Source of the DNA: Mobula hypostoma
Lineage: Eukaryota
Assembly: GCF_963921235.1 (NCBI RefSeq)
Contig: NC_086108.1
Location: 92,878,001-92,942,000 of the forward strand
Reading direction: 5' to 3'
DNA: 64,000 nucleotides
A program made the translations under genes and the position numbers. Below are positions 26,605 to 39,540 of the stretch, piece by piece (position 1 is the first letter of the stretch; the number at the start of each line of letters is the position of its first letter). The notes beneath the pieces were generated by a model. It saw nothing but the letters and a program-made list of their open reading frames with translations. It was not told the DNA's origin and did not search any database.

Positions 26605-28205
26605 CTTCTTGAATGTGACAACACAAGCAGACAGAGAGGCAAAGAAAGTGTATGGTACACCTTCATCAGTCAGGACAGTCATATTGCAACTGTATAAAAC
26701 TTTGGCTGGACTATATTGGAATATCGTACGCTGTTCTCGTTGTTTCATCACAGCAAAGATGTGGAGACTTTGGAGAGAATGCAGAAGAGGTTAAAAAAAA
26801 GATGCTGGAGGAACTGGGTAGATTTGGCAGCATCTATGGAGGGAAATAGTCAATGGACATTTCAGGTTGAGACCCATCTGAAGTGATGAAGCATTGCAGC
26901 TCAAAACTGACTGTCCATTTTCCTCCATCGAGCCTGCCAACCTGCTGAGTTCCTCCAGTGTCTTGTTTTTTGTCTCCAGATCCTAGCATCAGCAGTCTCT
27001 TGTGTCTAACAGGATGTGACTGGATTAGAAAGTATCAGCTATTAGGAGAGTCTGGACAAAATGGATTGTTTTCTCGGAGTAAACATGGTCCAATCACACC
27101 GCAAGCCTGGACGTTCTTCCTTCTCCCCCATCCCATCAGGCAGGGGATACAAGAGGTTGAAAGCACATATCCTCAAGCTCATGGACAGCTTCTGTCTCAC
27201 TGTCATAGACTATTGGACAGTTCCCCAGATCATTTCACAATCTCACTCGTTAACACCTTGCACCTTATTGTCTACCTGAACAGCAGTTTCTCAGTAACGG
27301 TAACACTTCTACACTGTTATTGCTCAGCTTGTACTGCCTCAATGGACTGTCGTAACGAATCGATCTGTATGCAAGACAAGCTTTTCACTGTACGTCAGTA
27401 GATATGACATTAATTCACCAGTTTACCAATTTTCTCTGGGACACCAGAAGCTGAGGGGTGACCTGATAGAAATATATAAAATGATCAGAGGTACAGGTAG
27501 GGTTGGGTGATGGGGTGGAGTTACATCTCTACCAAAGGAGATGTAAGGTGTTCCATCCCTCCGCTAGCCAGCAGATCGCCCTTGAGCAAGGTGTAGCACC
27601 TGCTTGTCCCACTGATCAGGGACACGTGAAGCCACGGGAGCAGGTGGTGGATGGTCGTATGAGCAGCTGGTGCATATCACAAGTCCTGGTGATGCAACCA
27701 CTGACGCCAGGCAGACAATCTCTGAAGAGTATTGACAATGGCTGGGGTCACCTGTCTCGTAAAGACACTGCTCAGAAGAAGGCAATGGCAAACCACTTCT
27801 GTAGATTTGCCGAGAACTATCATGGTCATGGAAACATGATTGCCTACATCATACAACACAGCCCACAATGATGATGATGATGATGATGACAGGTAGGGTA
27901 GTCAGCGATTGTTTTCCTCCAGGATGGAAATATCAAATATTAGAGGGTACAGGTTTCAGGTGAGAGGGGGAAAGTTTGAAAGAGATGCATGGTGTAAGCT
28001 TTTTAGGCAGAGAGTGGTAGATGCATGAAACACATTACCAATAGTGGTGGAGAAAACAGACCCAATAGTGACACTTAAGAGGCACGTGAGCATGCAAGGA
28101 ATGATGGGACATTGATTATATGCCAGCTGATTGGTTTAATCGAACTTAGCTAGATATAATGGGTCAAAGGGCCTTTTCCTAAGTTGTACTGTTCTGCATG
28201 ATCTC
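26605..28205 (+). mobile_element. CR1 3' fragment interrupted by a Penelope fold-back (about 26800-27008), a Rex1-type 3' piece and family Y
   Basis: LQLYKTL motif; gctgaggggtgacctgatagaa; collinear across the insertions. Confidence 0.7.
27504..27888 (+). mobile_element. Family Y RTE/BovB-related short element, full length
   Basis: 11-bp TSD acaggtagggt (27493-27503, 27889-27899); (atg)n tail. Confidence 0.82.
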
Positions 28206-28275
28206 TGATAAATTGCCAAATTTGTTTACATAACTGTACCATGCATAAGAGGAATATCCTTTAATAGTTACCCAC

Positions 28276-28418
28276 TTTCTGCTTGTCATGTCTTGTCCAG
28301 ACAGTGAGGCCCCCTTGATAGGTGAGTTTTTCCTTCCACAGATGTTTCCATAGCTGTCATGTCCAAAGATCAGTCTTTCTGCAGCACCAACGGTCATAGC
28401 ATAGCCAGCTATAAACAC
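28276..28418 (-). CDS. SLC44A3: SLC44A3 exon (143 bp, phase 0/2)
   Basis: cAG|GTG...AA|GTgggt; VFIAGYAMTVGAAERLIFGHDSYGNICGRKNSPIKGASLSGQDMTSR(K), with the CTL-family DSYGNxCG motif; in frame with the previous exon. Confidence 0.95.
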
Positions 28419-28594
28419 CTGGGTGGGAAGATGACACAGCCAGTACATTGTCAATAAAGATGCAAAGTAGGAACTTAGCTACTTAGGAGCTCCAAAATGT
28501 ATATGATAAATATGCACTCTATACCATAAATATTTTGAAACAATACAACACAATTCACATATTTAAAAAAAATGAATATGACAAACCACACATT

Positions 28595-30903
28595 CTCTTG
28601 CTTGCTGACTGTTACATCACTGGCATTTAGGGCAACAATGAAAGTTCTCCATTTCTGGCAGTGTGCAGGGTTCCATCATTGTGTCAGTAGCTTCTTCTCT
28701 GTTCCCACTACTGTCAGTCATAAGACCATAAGACACAGGAGCAGAATTCGGCCATTCAGCCCATCGAGTCTGTTCCACCATTCCACCATGGCTGATCCCG
28801 GATCCCACTCAATCCCATACACCCGCCTTCTTGCTATATCCTTTGATGGCCTGACCAAACAGAGAATGATCAACTTCCGTTTCAAATATACCCATGAACT
28901 TGGCCTCCACCATAGTCTGCGCCAGTACATTCCTCAGATTCACTACTCGCTGGCTGAAAGAATTCCTCCTTATCTCTGTTCTAAAAGGTTGCCCCTCAAT
29001 TTTGAGGCTGTGCCCTCTAGTTTTGGATATACTCACCATAGGGAACATCCTCTCCACATCCACCTTACTGAGTTGTTTCAACATTTGGTAGGTTTCAATG
29101 TGATCCCCTACATTCTTCTAAATTCCAGTGAGTAGTAGCCCAAAGCTGCCAAATGCTCTTCATATGATAACCCCTTCATCCAGGAATCTCCCCGCGAACC
29201 TCCTCTGGACTCATTCCAATAACAAAGCATCCTTTCTGAGATATTGGGCCCAAAACTGTTGACAATACTCCAAGTGTGGCCTGATTAGTATTTTATAAAG
29301 CCTCAGCATTATCTCCTTGCTTTTATATTCTATTCCCTTTGAAATAAATGACAACATTGCATTTGTTTTCTTTACCACACACTCAACCTGTAAATTAACT
29401 TTTTGGGAGTCTTGCATGAAGACGCCCAAGTCTCTTTGCACCTCTGATGTTTGAATTTTTTCCCCATTTAGATAATAGTCTGCATTATTGTTCCTTTTAC
29501 CAAAATGCATTATAGATTTCCTAACACTCTTCTATCTGCCACTTTTTTGCGCATTCTTCCAATTGTCCAAGTCCAGCTGTAATTTCATTGCTTCCTCAGC
29601 ACTACCTACTCCTCCACCTATCTTCGTAGCATCTGCAAACTTTGCCACAAAGCCAGCAATCCATTATCTAAATCATTGACCAACAATATGAAAAATAGCT
29701 GGCCCAATAGTGAGGAATATCACTAGTCACTGGCAGCCAACCAGAAAAGGCCCCCTTTATTCCCACTCACTGCCACCTGCCTATCAGCCATTCCTCTATC
29801 CATGCCAGTATCTCTACTGTAACACCATAGGATTTTATCTTGTTAAGCAGCCTCATGTGCTGCACATTATTAAATGCCTTCTGAAAATCCAACTAGATTA
29901 CATCTACTGCCTCTCCTTTCTCCACCCTGCTTGTTACTTCCTCGAAGAACTCTTAACAGATTTGTCAGGCAAGATTTCCCTTGACAGAAACCATGCTGAC
30001 TTTGACTTATTTTATCTTTAGTCTCCAAGCACCCTGAAACCTCATCCTTAATAATAGACTCCAACTCTTTCCAAACCACTGAGGCTAGGCTAACTGGTGT
30101 ATAAACTCCTTCCTTTTGCTTTGCTCCCTTCTTAAAGAGTGGAGTGACATTTGCAATTTTTCAGTCTTCCAGAATCAAGCGATTTTTGAAAGATCATGAC
30201 CAATGCATCTGTTAGCTCTTCAGCAACCTCTCTTGGGACTCTGGGATGTATTCCATCTGGCCCAGGTGTCTTATCCACTTTAAGACCTTAGAGGTTTTTT
30301 CTTTAAGACTTAAGATCTTTAAGGCTTTTTCCTTTGTAATAGCAATGGCACTCGCTCCTGCTCCCTGACACTCACAGACCTTTGGCACACTGCTAGTGTC
30401 TTCCACGGTGAAGACAGATGCAAAGTACCCATTAGATTAATCTGACATTTCTTTGTCCCCCATTACTGCTTCAGCAGCATCATTTTCCAGTGGTCCAATA
30501 TCAATTCTCACCTTCATTTTACTCTTTATATAACTGAAAAAAATTTTAGTATCCTGCTTAATACTATTGGCTAGTTTACCCTTATATTTCATCTTTTCCC
30601 ATCATGCAAATCCTGGGTGGAAGCTCAGGAATATCATTGCACCGAAATGCAGAAGGTTTCTTCATTGCTGTTTCTGTAACAATTTTGTTTTACCAGTCAA
30701 GGCTGTAAACCCTGAGCTAGACCCCCAAACCTGGAGGACCAGTGGACCACTGTTAGTCTGGCCTCTTGCCCTTTGACCTGTTTGACAAGGGTGACCCTAC
30801 CAAGAGCCAATGCATAAAGCCCTGACTCTAGCTAACATGGCTCTCTGGGTCATTGAGGCATACAAACCTGCAAACCACAGTAAGGTTGTGGTCCTCTTGG
30901 AGA
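28595..30903 (-). mobile_element. Non-autonomous RTE-derived element (5' UTR joined to 3' end), split by CR1
   Basis: 3' end 28595-28720 matches the RTE tail at 8345-8395; RTE-type 5' UTR at about 30600-30903. Confidence 0.65.
28721..30600 (-). mobile_element. CR1 LINE RT fragment
   Basis: SQHGFCQGKSCLTNLL, RPHLEYCQQFW, FSQRVVNL; (tcttatgg)n tail. Confidence 0.9.
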
Positions 30904-30908
30904 ACATA

Positions 30909-31399
30909 CGAGGGGTGATTGATAAATTCGTAGCCTAAGGTAGAAGGAGTCAATTTTAGAAAACCTAGCACATTTATTTTTCAACATAGTCCCCTCCTAT
31001 ATGTACACACTTAGTCCAGCGGTTGTGGAGCATACGAATCCCTTCTTTGTAGAAGTGGTCCACAGCAGGGGTGATTGATAAGTTCGTGGCCTAAAGTAGA
31101 AGGAGATGAGTTATACAGCTCTCGTTACATACACGTGCAGTTCAACACTTTGAGTGAAAATGCAGAAAGTTTGAAGTTTCTCCTCATCTCCTTCTACTTT
31201 AGGCCACAAACTTATCAATTACCCCTGCTGTGGACCACTACTGGAGGTCCAAGACGCCGACTTCTAAAAGAAGGGATCCATATACTCCAAGACCGCTGGA
31301 CTAAGTGTGTAAATGTAGGAGGGGACCACGTTGAAAAATAAATGTGCTAGGTTTTCTAAAATTGACTCCTTCTACCTTAGGCCACGAACTTACCCCTCA
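30909..31399. mobile_element. Mariner-derived fold-back MITE
   Basis: TA|CGAGGGGTGATTGATAA ... CCCCTCA|TA; arms of about 200 bp; right arm encodes mariner C-terminus EGIHILQDRWTKCVNVGGDHVEK*. Confidence 0.88.
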
Positions 31400-31409
31400 T
31401 ACATGGTTA

Positions 31410-33645
31410 CATATAGACATAGAAGAGAACAGGCCCTTCGGCCCACAATGTTATGCCGAACCTCAAACCCTGCCTCCCATATAACCCCCCACCTTAAATT
31501 CCTCCATATACCGTCCAGTAACCTCTTAAATTTCACTAGTGTATCTGCCTCCACCACTGACTCAGGCAGTGCATTCCATGCACCAACCACTCCCTGAGTG
31601 AAAAACCTTCCTCTAATATCCCCCTTGAACTTCCCACCCCTTACCTTAAAGCCATGTCCTCTTGTATTAAGCAGTGGTGCCCTGGGGAAGAGGCGCTGGC
31701 TATCCACTCTATCTATTCCTCTTATTATCTTGTACACCTCTGTCATGTCTCCTCTCATCCTCCTCCTCCTCTCCAAAGAGTAAAGCCCTAGCTCCCTTAA
31801 TCTCTGATCATAATGCATACTTTCTAAACCAGGCAGCATCCTGGTAAATCTCCTCTGTACCCTTTCCAATGCTTCCACATCCTTCCTATAGTGAGGTGAC
31901 CAGAACTGGACACAGTACTCCAAGTGTGGCCTAACCAGAGTATTATAGAGCTGCATCATTACATAGTCATAGTCATACTTTATTGATCCCGGGGGAAATT
32001 GGTTTTCGTTACAGTTGCACCATAAATAATAAGTAGTAATAGTAATACTACTATTATTAAATAGTAAATAGTAATAGTCATAGAAATAATAAATAGTAAT
32101 AGAATAGTAATAGAAAATAGTAATACCCCGCGACTCTTAAACTCTATCCCTCGACTTATGAAAGCTGACACCCCATAAGTTTTCTTAACTACCCTATCTA
32201 CCTGTGAGGCAACTTTCAGGGATCTGTGGACATGTACCCCGAGATCCCTATGCTCCTCCACACTACCAAGTATCCTGCCATTTACTTTGTACTCTGCCTT
32301 GGAGTTTGTCCTTCCAAAGTGTACCACCTCACTCTTCTCCAGGTTGAACTCCATCTACCACTTCTCAGCCCACTTCTGCATCCTATCAATGTCTCTTTAC
32401 AATCTTCGACAATCCTCGACACTATCTACAACACCACCAACCTTTGTGTTGTCTGGAAACTTGCCAACCACCCTTCTACTCCCACATCCAGGTCGTTAAT
32501 AAAAATCACGAAAAGTAGAGGTCCCAGAACCGATCCTTGTGGGACACTACTAGTCACAACCCTCCAATCCGAATGTACTCCCTCCACCACGACCCTCTGC
32601 TTTCTGCAGGCAAGCTAATTCTGAATCCACCTGGCCAAACTTCCCTGGATCCCAAGCCTTCTGACTTTCCAAATAAGCCTACCATGTGGAACCTTGTCAA
32701 ATGCCTTACTAAAATCCACGTAGATCACATCCACTGCACTACCCTCATCTATATGCCTGATCACCTCCTCAAAGAACTCTATCAGGCTTGTTAGACACGA
32801 TCTGCCCTTCACAAAGCCATGATGACTGTTCCTGATCAGACCATGATTCTTGAAATGCCCAGAGATCCTATCTCTAAGAATCTTTTCGAACAGCTTTCCC
32901 ACCACAGACGTAAGGCTCACTGGTCTATAATTACCCAGACTATCCCTACTACCTTTTTTGAACAAGGGGACAACATTCGCCTCCCTCCAATCCTCCGGTA
33001 CCATTCCCGTGGACAACGAGGACATAAAGATCCTAGCCAAAGGCTCAGCAATCTCTTCCCTCGCCTCGTGGAGCAGCCTGGGGAATATTCCATCAGGCCC
33101 CGGGGACTTATCCGTCCTAATGTATTTTAACAACTCCAACACCTCTCCCTTAATATCAACATGCTCCAGAACATCAACCTCACTCATATTGTCCTCACCA
33201 TCATCAAGTTCCCTCTCATTGGTGAATATCGAAGAGAAGTATTCATTGAGGACCTCGCTCACTTCCACAACCTCCAGGCACATCTTCCCACCTTTATCTC
33301 TAATCGGTCCTACCTTCACTCGTCATCCTTTTGTTCTTCACATAATTGAAGAATGCCTTGGGGTTTTCCTTTACCCTATTCGCCAAGGCCTTCTCAAGCC
33401 CTCTTCTTGCTCTTCTCAGCCCCTTCTTAAGCTCCTTTCTTGCTACCCTATATTCCTCAATAGACCCATCTGATCCTTGCTTCCTAAACCTCATGTATGT
33501 TGCCTTCTTCCACCTGACTAGATTTTCCACTTTACTTGTCACCCATGGTTCCTTCACCCTACCATTCTTTATCTTCCTCACCGGGACAAATTTATCCCTA
33601 ACATCATGCAAGAGATCTCTAAACATCGACCACATGTCCATAGTA
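31410..33645 (-). mobile_element. CR1 LINE ORF2 fragment (young) with a LINE-tail/AT-rich insertion at about 31961-32125
   Basis: ORFs 32615-33319 (NYRPVSLTSVVGK, YVDFSKAFDKVPH) and 31390-31959. Confidence 0.93.
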
Positions 33646-34399
33646 CATATGCAGCAAAAACTTTGCAGTTTTTGCAGGGTTGCACCAAATGGCCACAACC
33701 CTGAGAAAGAAAGGAAAAGGTTGTTTTTTTTATCCCAGTTGATGTCATTTTTTGAGATTAAAAGCCCAACTGTTTCAAGCAACCAATAACGCTGTTGAAT
33801 AAATGCACAAAATGCTGGAGGAACTCAGCAGGTCAGGCAGTATCTCTGGAGGGAAATGGGAGTCAATGTTTTGGGTCGAGACTCGTGCATGCTGCTGGAT
33901 AAATGCCACTTTAAAAAATGATAAATACTGAAGAAAGGATGGTTAAAGATTGATGGGAGGTAGAGGACAGTAGAGTGAATGTTTGATTGCTCCAATTAAA
34001 AGCAGCACAGAAGATCTCTTAGTTATCTTTAGTATTTTCTCCATTAGATTTCTGTTTAATAGTGTTGAAATACACTCGGCAACCACTCTGTTAGATATGG
34101 GAGATGCCTCACAAAATAGCTTGCTGAGTGTATTTCTGTACGTTTGTGGTCCATCCACTTCAAGGTTCAAGCTGCTATGTGTTCAGATGCTCTTCTGCAC
34201 ACCACCGTTGTAAGCTGTGGTTATCTGAAGAGTTGCTTTCCTGTCAACTTGAACCAGTCTGGCCATTCACCTCTGACCTTTCTCATTAACAAGGTGTTTC
34301 CACCCACAGAACTGCAGCTCACTGCGTGTTTTCCCTTTGTTTCCGTAGCATTCTCTGTACATTTTTTTTTTGTTAGCTATTTTTTTTTCTTTCTTATTG

Positions 34400-35800
34400 C
34401 ACATTTAGAGCAGTGGGGTGCCAGGCAGGATAGTTTGAATGTTCCTGCTGCGGGATGTGGGAAGGCAGGGAGACCTCCAGTGTCCCCTGACAATGACACC
34501 TGCAAAAGTGCATCTAGTTGCAGCTTCTAACAGACCATGTTAAGGAGTTGGAGCTGGAACTGGATGAACTTAAGATCATTAGGGAGGCTGAGGGTTTGAT
34601 AGACAGGACACAAAGGGAGGTAGTTACAGCCAAAGTGCAGAACACAGGTAACTGGGTGGCCGTTAGAAAGTGGGGAAGGGGCTAGGCAGAGAACCCCTGT
34701 GACTGTTCCCCTCAACAAAAGGTATACTGCTTTCAATAGAGCTGAGGGGGATGACCCAGCAGAGGAAAGCCACAGGGGCACTGAGTCCAGCTCTGTGGCT
34801 CAGAAGGGAAAGGGAGAAAAGAGGCTAGCTGTAGTGATAGGGGATTCGTTGGTTAGGGGAACAGAAAGGAGGTTCTGTGGACGAGAACGAGATTCCCAGA
34901 TGGTATGTTACCTCCTGGTGCCAGGGTCAGGGACATTTCAGGTTGAATCCACTGCACTCCACTGCAGAGTGAGCAGTCAGAGATAATGGTCCACAATCGG
35001 TACCAATAACGTGGGTAGGAGGGGTGATGGCGTGTTTCAAAGTGAACTCAGGGAGTTAGCTTAAGGAACAAGACCTCCAGGGTATGCGATCTCAGGATTG
35101 CTACCCATGCCATGTGCTCATGAAGCCGGAAATAGGAAGATCATACTGTTTAACATATGGCTAAGGAGATCGTGTTGGTGTGTGGTCAAGTGGTTAAGGC
35201 GTTTGTCTAGTGATTTGAAGGTCGCTAGTTCGAGCCTTGGCTGAGGCAGCGTGTGTGTCCTTGAGTAAGGCACTTAACCACACATTGCTCTGCGACGACA
35301 CCGGTGCCAAGCTGTATGGATCCTAGTGCCCTTCCTTTGGATAACATCGGAGGCGTGGAGAGGGGAGACTTGCAGCATGGGCAACTGCCAGTCTTCCACA
35401 CAACCTTGCCCAGACCTGCACCCTGGAAACCTTCCAAGGCGCAAATCCATGGTCTCATCAGACTAACAGATGCCTATTAAGGAGATTGTGCAGAAGGGAG
35501 GGCTTCAGAGTTCTGGATCATTGGGCTCTCTCCCAACAAAATTTTGACCTGAACATAAGGGACAGTTTGCTCCCAAACTGGAGGGGACTAATATCCTAGG
35601 GGGAAGGTTTGCTGGTGCTGCACAGGGATGGGGGTGGGGTTCAAACTAGAGCTGCTGGGGGGATGGGAAACAGAGCGCCAGAAGAGATAGTGGAGTAGTT
35701 GTGGAGAAAGGTGTTGTTAAGCCTACATACAAAGTTAGATATCGAAAGGTCAAGCATGAACCATAGTGTCAGAACAGTTAGTGGACTAGTTGTGGAGAAA
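34400..35800 (+). mobile_element. CR1 ORF1 (zinc finger, coiled coil, SGNH esterase), decayed
   Basis: AVVIGDSLVRGTERRFCG, GTNN; Cys motif at about 34445. Confidence 0.85.
35172..35477 (+). mobile_element. tRNA-SINE family S copy
   Basis: A/B boxes; TSD taaggagat (35162-35170, 35478-35486). Confidence 0.88.
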
Positions 35801-35819
35801 GATGGTGTTGACCTACATC

Positions 35820-36039
35820 CAATCCAGGCATCGGAAGTTTGGAGAGGAGGGGTCTTCACTCAGGTCTGCTGTCTGAGGATAAAAGGCAGGAACGGGTCAT
35901 GGCAGCGTAATGGCGCTTTGACCAGTGGTCAATCCAGGCATCAGAAGTTTGGAAAGGAGGGAACTTCAATCAGGTCCACTGTCTGAGGATAAAAGGCAGG
36001 AACAGGTCGCAGCAGCGTTATAGAGCTTTGACCAGCGAC
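35820..36039 (+). repeat. Two tandem 110-bp units at the 5' end of a CR1
   Basis: caatccaggcatc...gctttgaccag repeated at 35820 and 35930. Confidence 0.85.
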
Positions 36040-38590
36040 CAATTAAAGGAAGGCAGGGGCAACCACAGCGGCCATTGTCACAGCGGCTGTTGTCTGAGTG
36101 GACATAGAGTGGTGATCTCAAGGCCTTAGCTCTTCAAGGCTTCAGCAAAGAAAGGCTTCACTCAGAGAAAGCAAAGGAAAGAAAAGCTCTTTCTTTTATT
36201 CTCTTCTTTATATCTGCTCAGCTAGGACAGTAGGATGACAGACAGGATAGTGAAATGTTCCTTTTGCAGGATGTGGGAAGGCAGTGTCCGTGACGACTAC
36301 AACTGCGAACGGTGCTTCCAACAAACTATGTTAAGGAGTTGGAGCTGGAAATGGATGAACTCCAGATCGTTTGGGAGGCTGAGGAGGTGATTGATAGGAC
36401 ATATAGAGAGGTAGTTACACCCCCTTGCAGGATACAGGGAACTGGGTGACAGCCAGGAAGGGGAAAGGGGTTAAGGAGCCAGTGCAGAGTACCCCCATGG
36501 CCATCCCTCTCAACAGCAGTGTATCACTTTGGATACTGTTGGGGGGGGGGGGGGAAATGACCTAACAGAGGAGAGTCGCAGTGGGCAAGTCTCAGGCACC
36601 GAGTCTGCCTCTGTGACTCAGAAGGGAAGGTGGGGAGAAGAGGCACACTGTGGTAATAGGGGATTCATTAGTTAGGGGAGTGGACAGGAGGTTCTGCGGG
36701 TAAGAACAAGATTTCCGGATGGCATGTTGCCTCCCAGGTATCAGGGTCCAGGATATCTCAGATCAAATCCTCAGCATTCTTGGAGGATGAACAGTCAGAA
36801 GTCATGGCCCATGTAGGTACCAATAACATGGGTAGGACGAGGTTCTGCATAGGGAGTTTAGGGAGTTTAGAGAGTTAGGTGCTAAGTTAAAGGGCAGGAC
36901 CTCAGAATTTCTACCTATGCCATGTGCGAATGAGGCCAGAACCAGGATGTTTATACAGCTTAATACGTGGATAAGGAGTTGGTGTAGGAGGGAGGCCATA
37001 AGATTTATGGATCATTGGGCTCTCTTCCAGGGAAGGTGGGACCTGTCCAGAAGGGAAAGTTTGCACCTGAACTGGAGGGGCATTAATATCCTTGCGGGAA
37101 GGTTTGTTAATGCTGCATGGTGGGGTTTAAACTAGAGTTGCAGGGGGATGGGAATCAGAGTGATTCTGGAAGGCTGGAAAATTGCAAATGCCGCACCACT
37201 CTTCAAGAAGGGAGAGAGGCAGAAGGAAGGAAACTATAGGCCAGTTAGTCTGACCTCAGTGATTGGGAAGATGTTGGAGTTGATTAGCAAGGATGAGGTC
37301 TCAGGGTACTTGGAGGCACATGATAAAATAGGCCAGAGTCAGCATGATTTCCTCAAGGGAAAATTTCACCTGCCAAATCTGTTGGAATTCTTTGAAGAAC
37401 AAGCAGGATAGACGAAGGAGAATTAGTTGATGTTATGTACTTAGATTTTCACAAGGCCTTTGAGAAGGTGCCACACACGAGACTGCTTAACAAGCTACAA
37501 GCCCGTGGTGTTACCAGAAAGATTCTAGCATGGATAAAGCAGTGGCCAATTGGCAGGAGGCGAAGAGCGGGAATAAAAGGAACCTTTTCTGTCTGGTTGC
37601 CGGTGACTATTGCTGTTCCACAGGGACCTGTGTTGGGGCCAGTTTTTTTCCTTGTATATCAGTGATTTGCATGATGGAATTGATGGCTTTGTTACAAAGT
37701 CTGCAGATGATATGAAGACAGGTGGAGTGGCAAGTAGTAGTAAGTAGAGAGGCTACAGAAGAACTTCGATTAGGAGAACGGGCAAAGAAATGAGAGATGA
37801 AATAGAACACTGGGAAGTGTATGGTCATGCACTTTAGTCAAAGAAATGAAAGGTGTGACTATTTTCTAAATGGAGAGAAAATACAAAAACCTGAGCTACA
37901 AAGGAACTTGTGAGTCCTTGTGCAGGATCCCCTAATGGCTAATTTACAGGTTGAGTCTGTGGTGAGGAAGGGAAATGCAATGTTAGCATTCATTTCAAAA
38001 GGACTAGAATATAAATGCAAGGATGTAATCGGGAGACTTCATAAAGTCTCACTTGGAGTATTGTAAGTAGGTCTGGGCCCCTTGTGGGTGTGCTGAAATT
38101 GGACAGAGTTCAAAGGAGGTTCATTAAGTTATTCCAGGATTGAATGGCTTGTCATATGGAAAGGATTTGATGGCACTGGGCCTGAATTTGCTGGAATTCA
38201 GAAGAATGGGGGTGACCTCATTGAAACCTATCAAATGGTGAAAGGCCTTGATAGGTTGGATGTGGAGAGGATGTTTCCTTCGGTGGGAGAGTCAAAGACC
38301 AGAGAACACAGCCTCAGAATAGAGGGATATCCTTTTTGAATGCAGATAAGGAGGAATTTCTTTAGCCAGAGAGAGGTGAATCTTTGGAATTCTTTGCCAC
38401 AGGCAGCCGTGGAGGCCAAGTCTTTATGCATATTTAAGGTTAATAGATTCTTGATTGGTCAGGACATGGATTCGATGAGAAGGCAGGAAATTGGGGCTGA
38501 GAGGAAAATTGGATCAGCCATGATGAAATGGCAGAGCAGACTTGATGGGCCTAATGGCCTAATTCTGCTCCTACACCTTATGGTCTTAAA
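36040..38590 (+). mobile_element. CR1 with 5' UTR, ORF1 and RT; endonuclease region deleted
   Basis: ORF1 esterase 36230-37150 joins directly to WKIANAAPLFKKG at about 37165. Confidence 0.88.
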
Positions 38591-38599
38591 AAGAGTCAG

Positions 38600-39540
38600 G
38601 AATCGGAAGGTGGAGCATGGTAGAACTAGTAGTACATCGCAGGGATCAGTGCTGGATCTGTTGTTTTTTGTCATCTGTGTCAATGATCTGGATGATATTG
38701 TGGTGAACTGGATCAGTAAAATGGACAATGACACCACGATTAGGGTATACTGTAGTGGACAGTGAGGAAGGCTATCAAAGCTTGCAGCAGGATGTGAGCC
38801 AGCTGGAAAATAGCAGATGGAATTTAATGCAGAAAAATTTGAGGTGTACTTTTGGAGGACCAACTACGGATAGTTGTACATAGTGAATAGTAGGGCTCTG
38901 AAGAGTGTAGTAGAACAGAAACATATTTTCTTGAAAGTCGCATCACAGGTAGATAGGGTTGTAAAGAAAGCTTCTGGCACATTGGCCTTCATATTTCAAA
39001 GTGCTTGGATGTTATGTTGAAGTTGTATAAGACACTGGTGAGGCCTAATTTAGAGTATAGAGTGCAGTTTTGGTCACCTACCTCCAGGATAGATGTAAAT
39101 AAGATTGTAAGGATTTGCATGGATGTTGCCAGGACTTGAGGTCCTGAATTATAAGGTAAGATTCAATAGGTTAGGACTTTATTCCATCGAACGTAAAAGA
39201 TTGATTGGGGCATACAAAATTAAAAGGGGCATAGATAAGGTAAATGTAAGCAGGCTTTTTCACTGAGGTTGGATAAGACTACAACTAGAGGTCATGGATT
39301 AAGGGTGAAAGGTGAAATATTTAAGAGGTAACATGAGGGGAACTTTTTCACTCAGAGGGCGGTTAGCATGTGAAATGAGTTGCCAGTTCAAGTGATGGAG
39401 GTGAGGTTGATTTAACATTTAAGAGAAATCTAGATACTTAGTTATGGTCCAGGTGCAAGTCAATGGGACAGGCAGATTAATGTTTCAGCATGGACTAGAT
39501 GGGCCAAAGAGCCTCTTCCTATGCTGCAGTGATCTATGAC
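38600..39540 (+). mobile_element. CR1 RT 3' fragment
   Basis: QGSVLDLLFFVICVNDLD; 3' tail ctatgac. Confidence 0.8.

Noticed and set aside
32020..32125. AT-rich short repeats as a CRISPR-like or satellite array
   Set aside because: Low-complexity (aatagt)n expansion within a LINE tail insertion, with no repeat-spacer structure.
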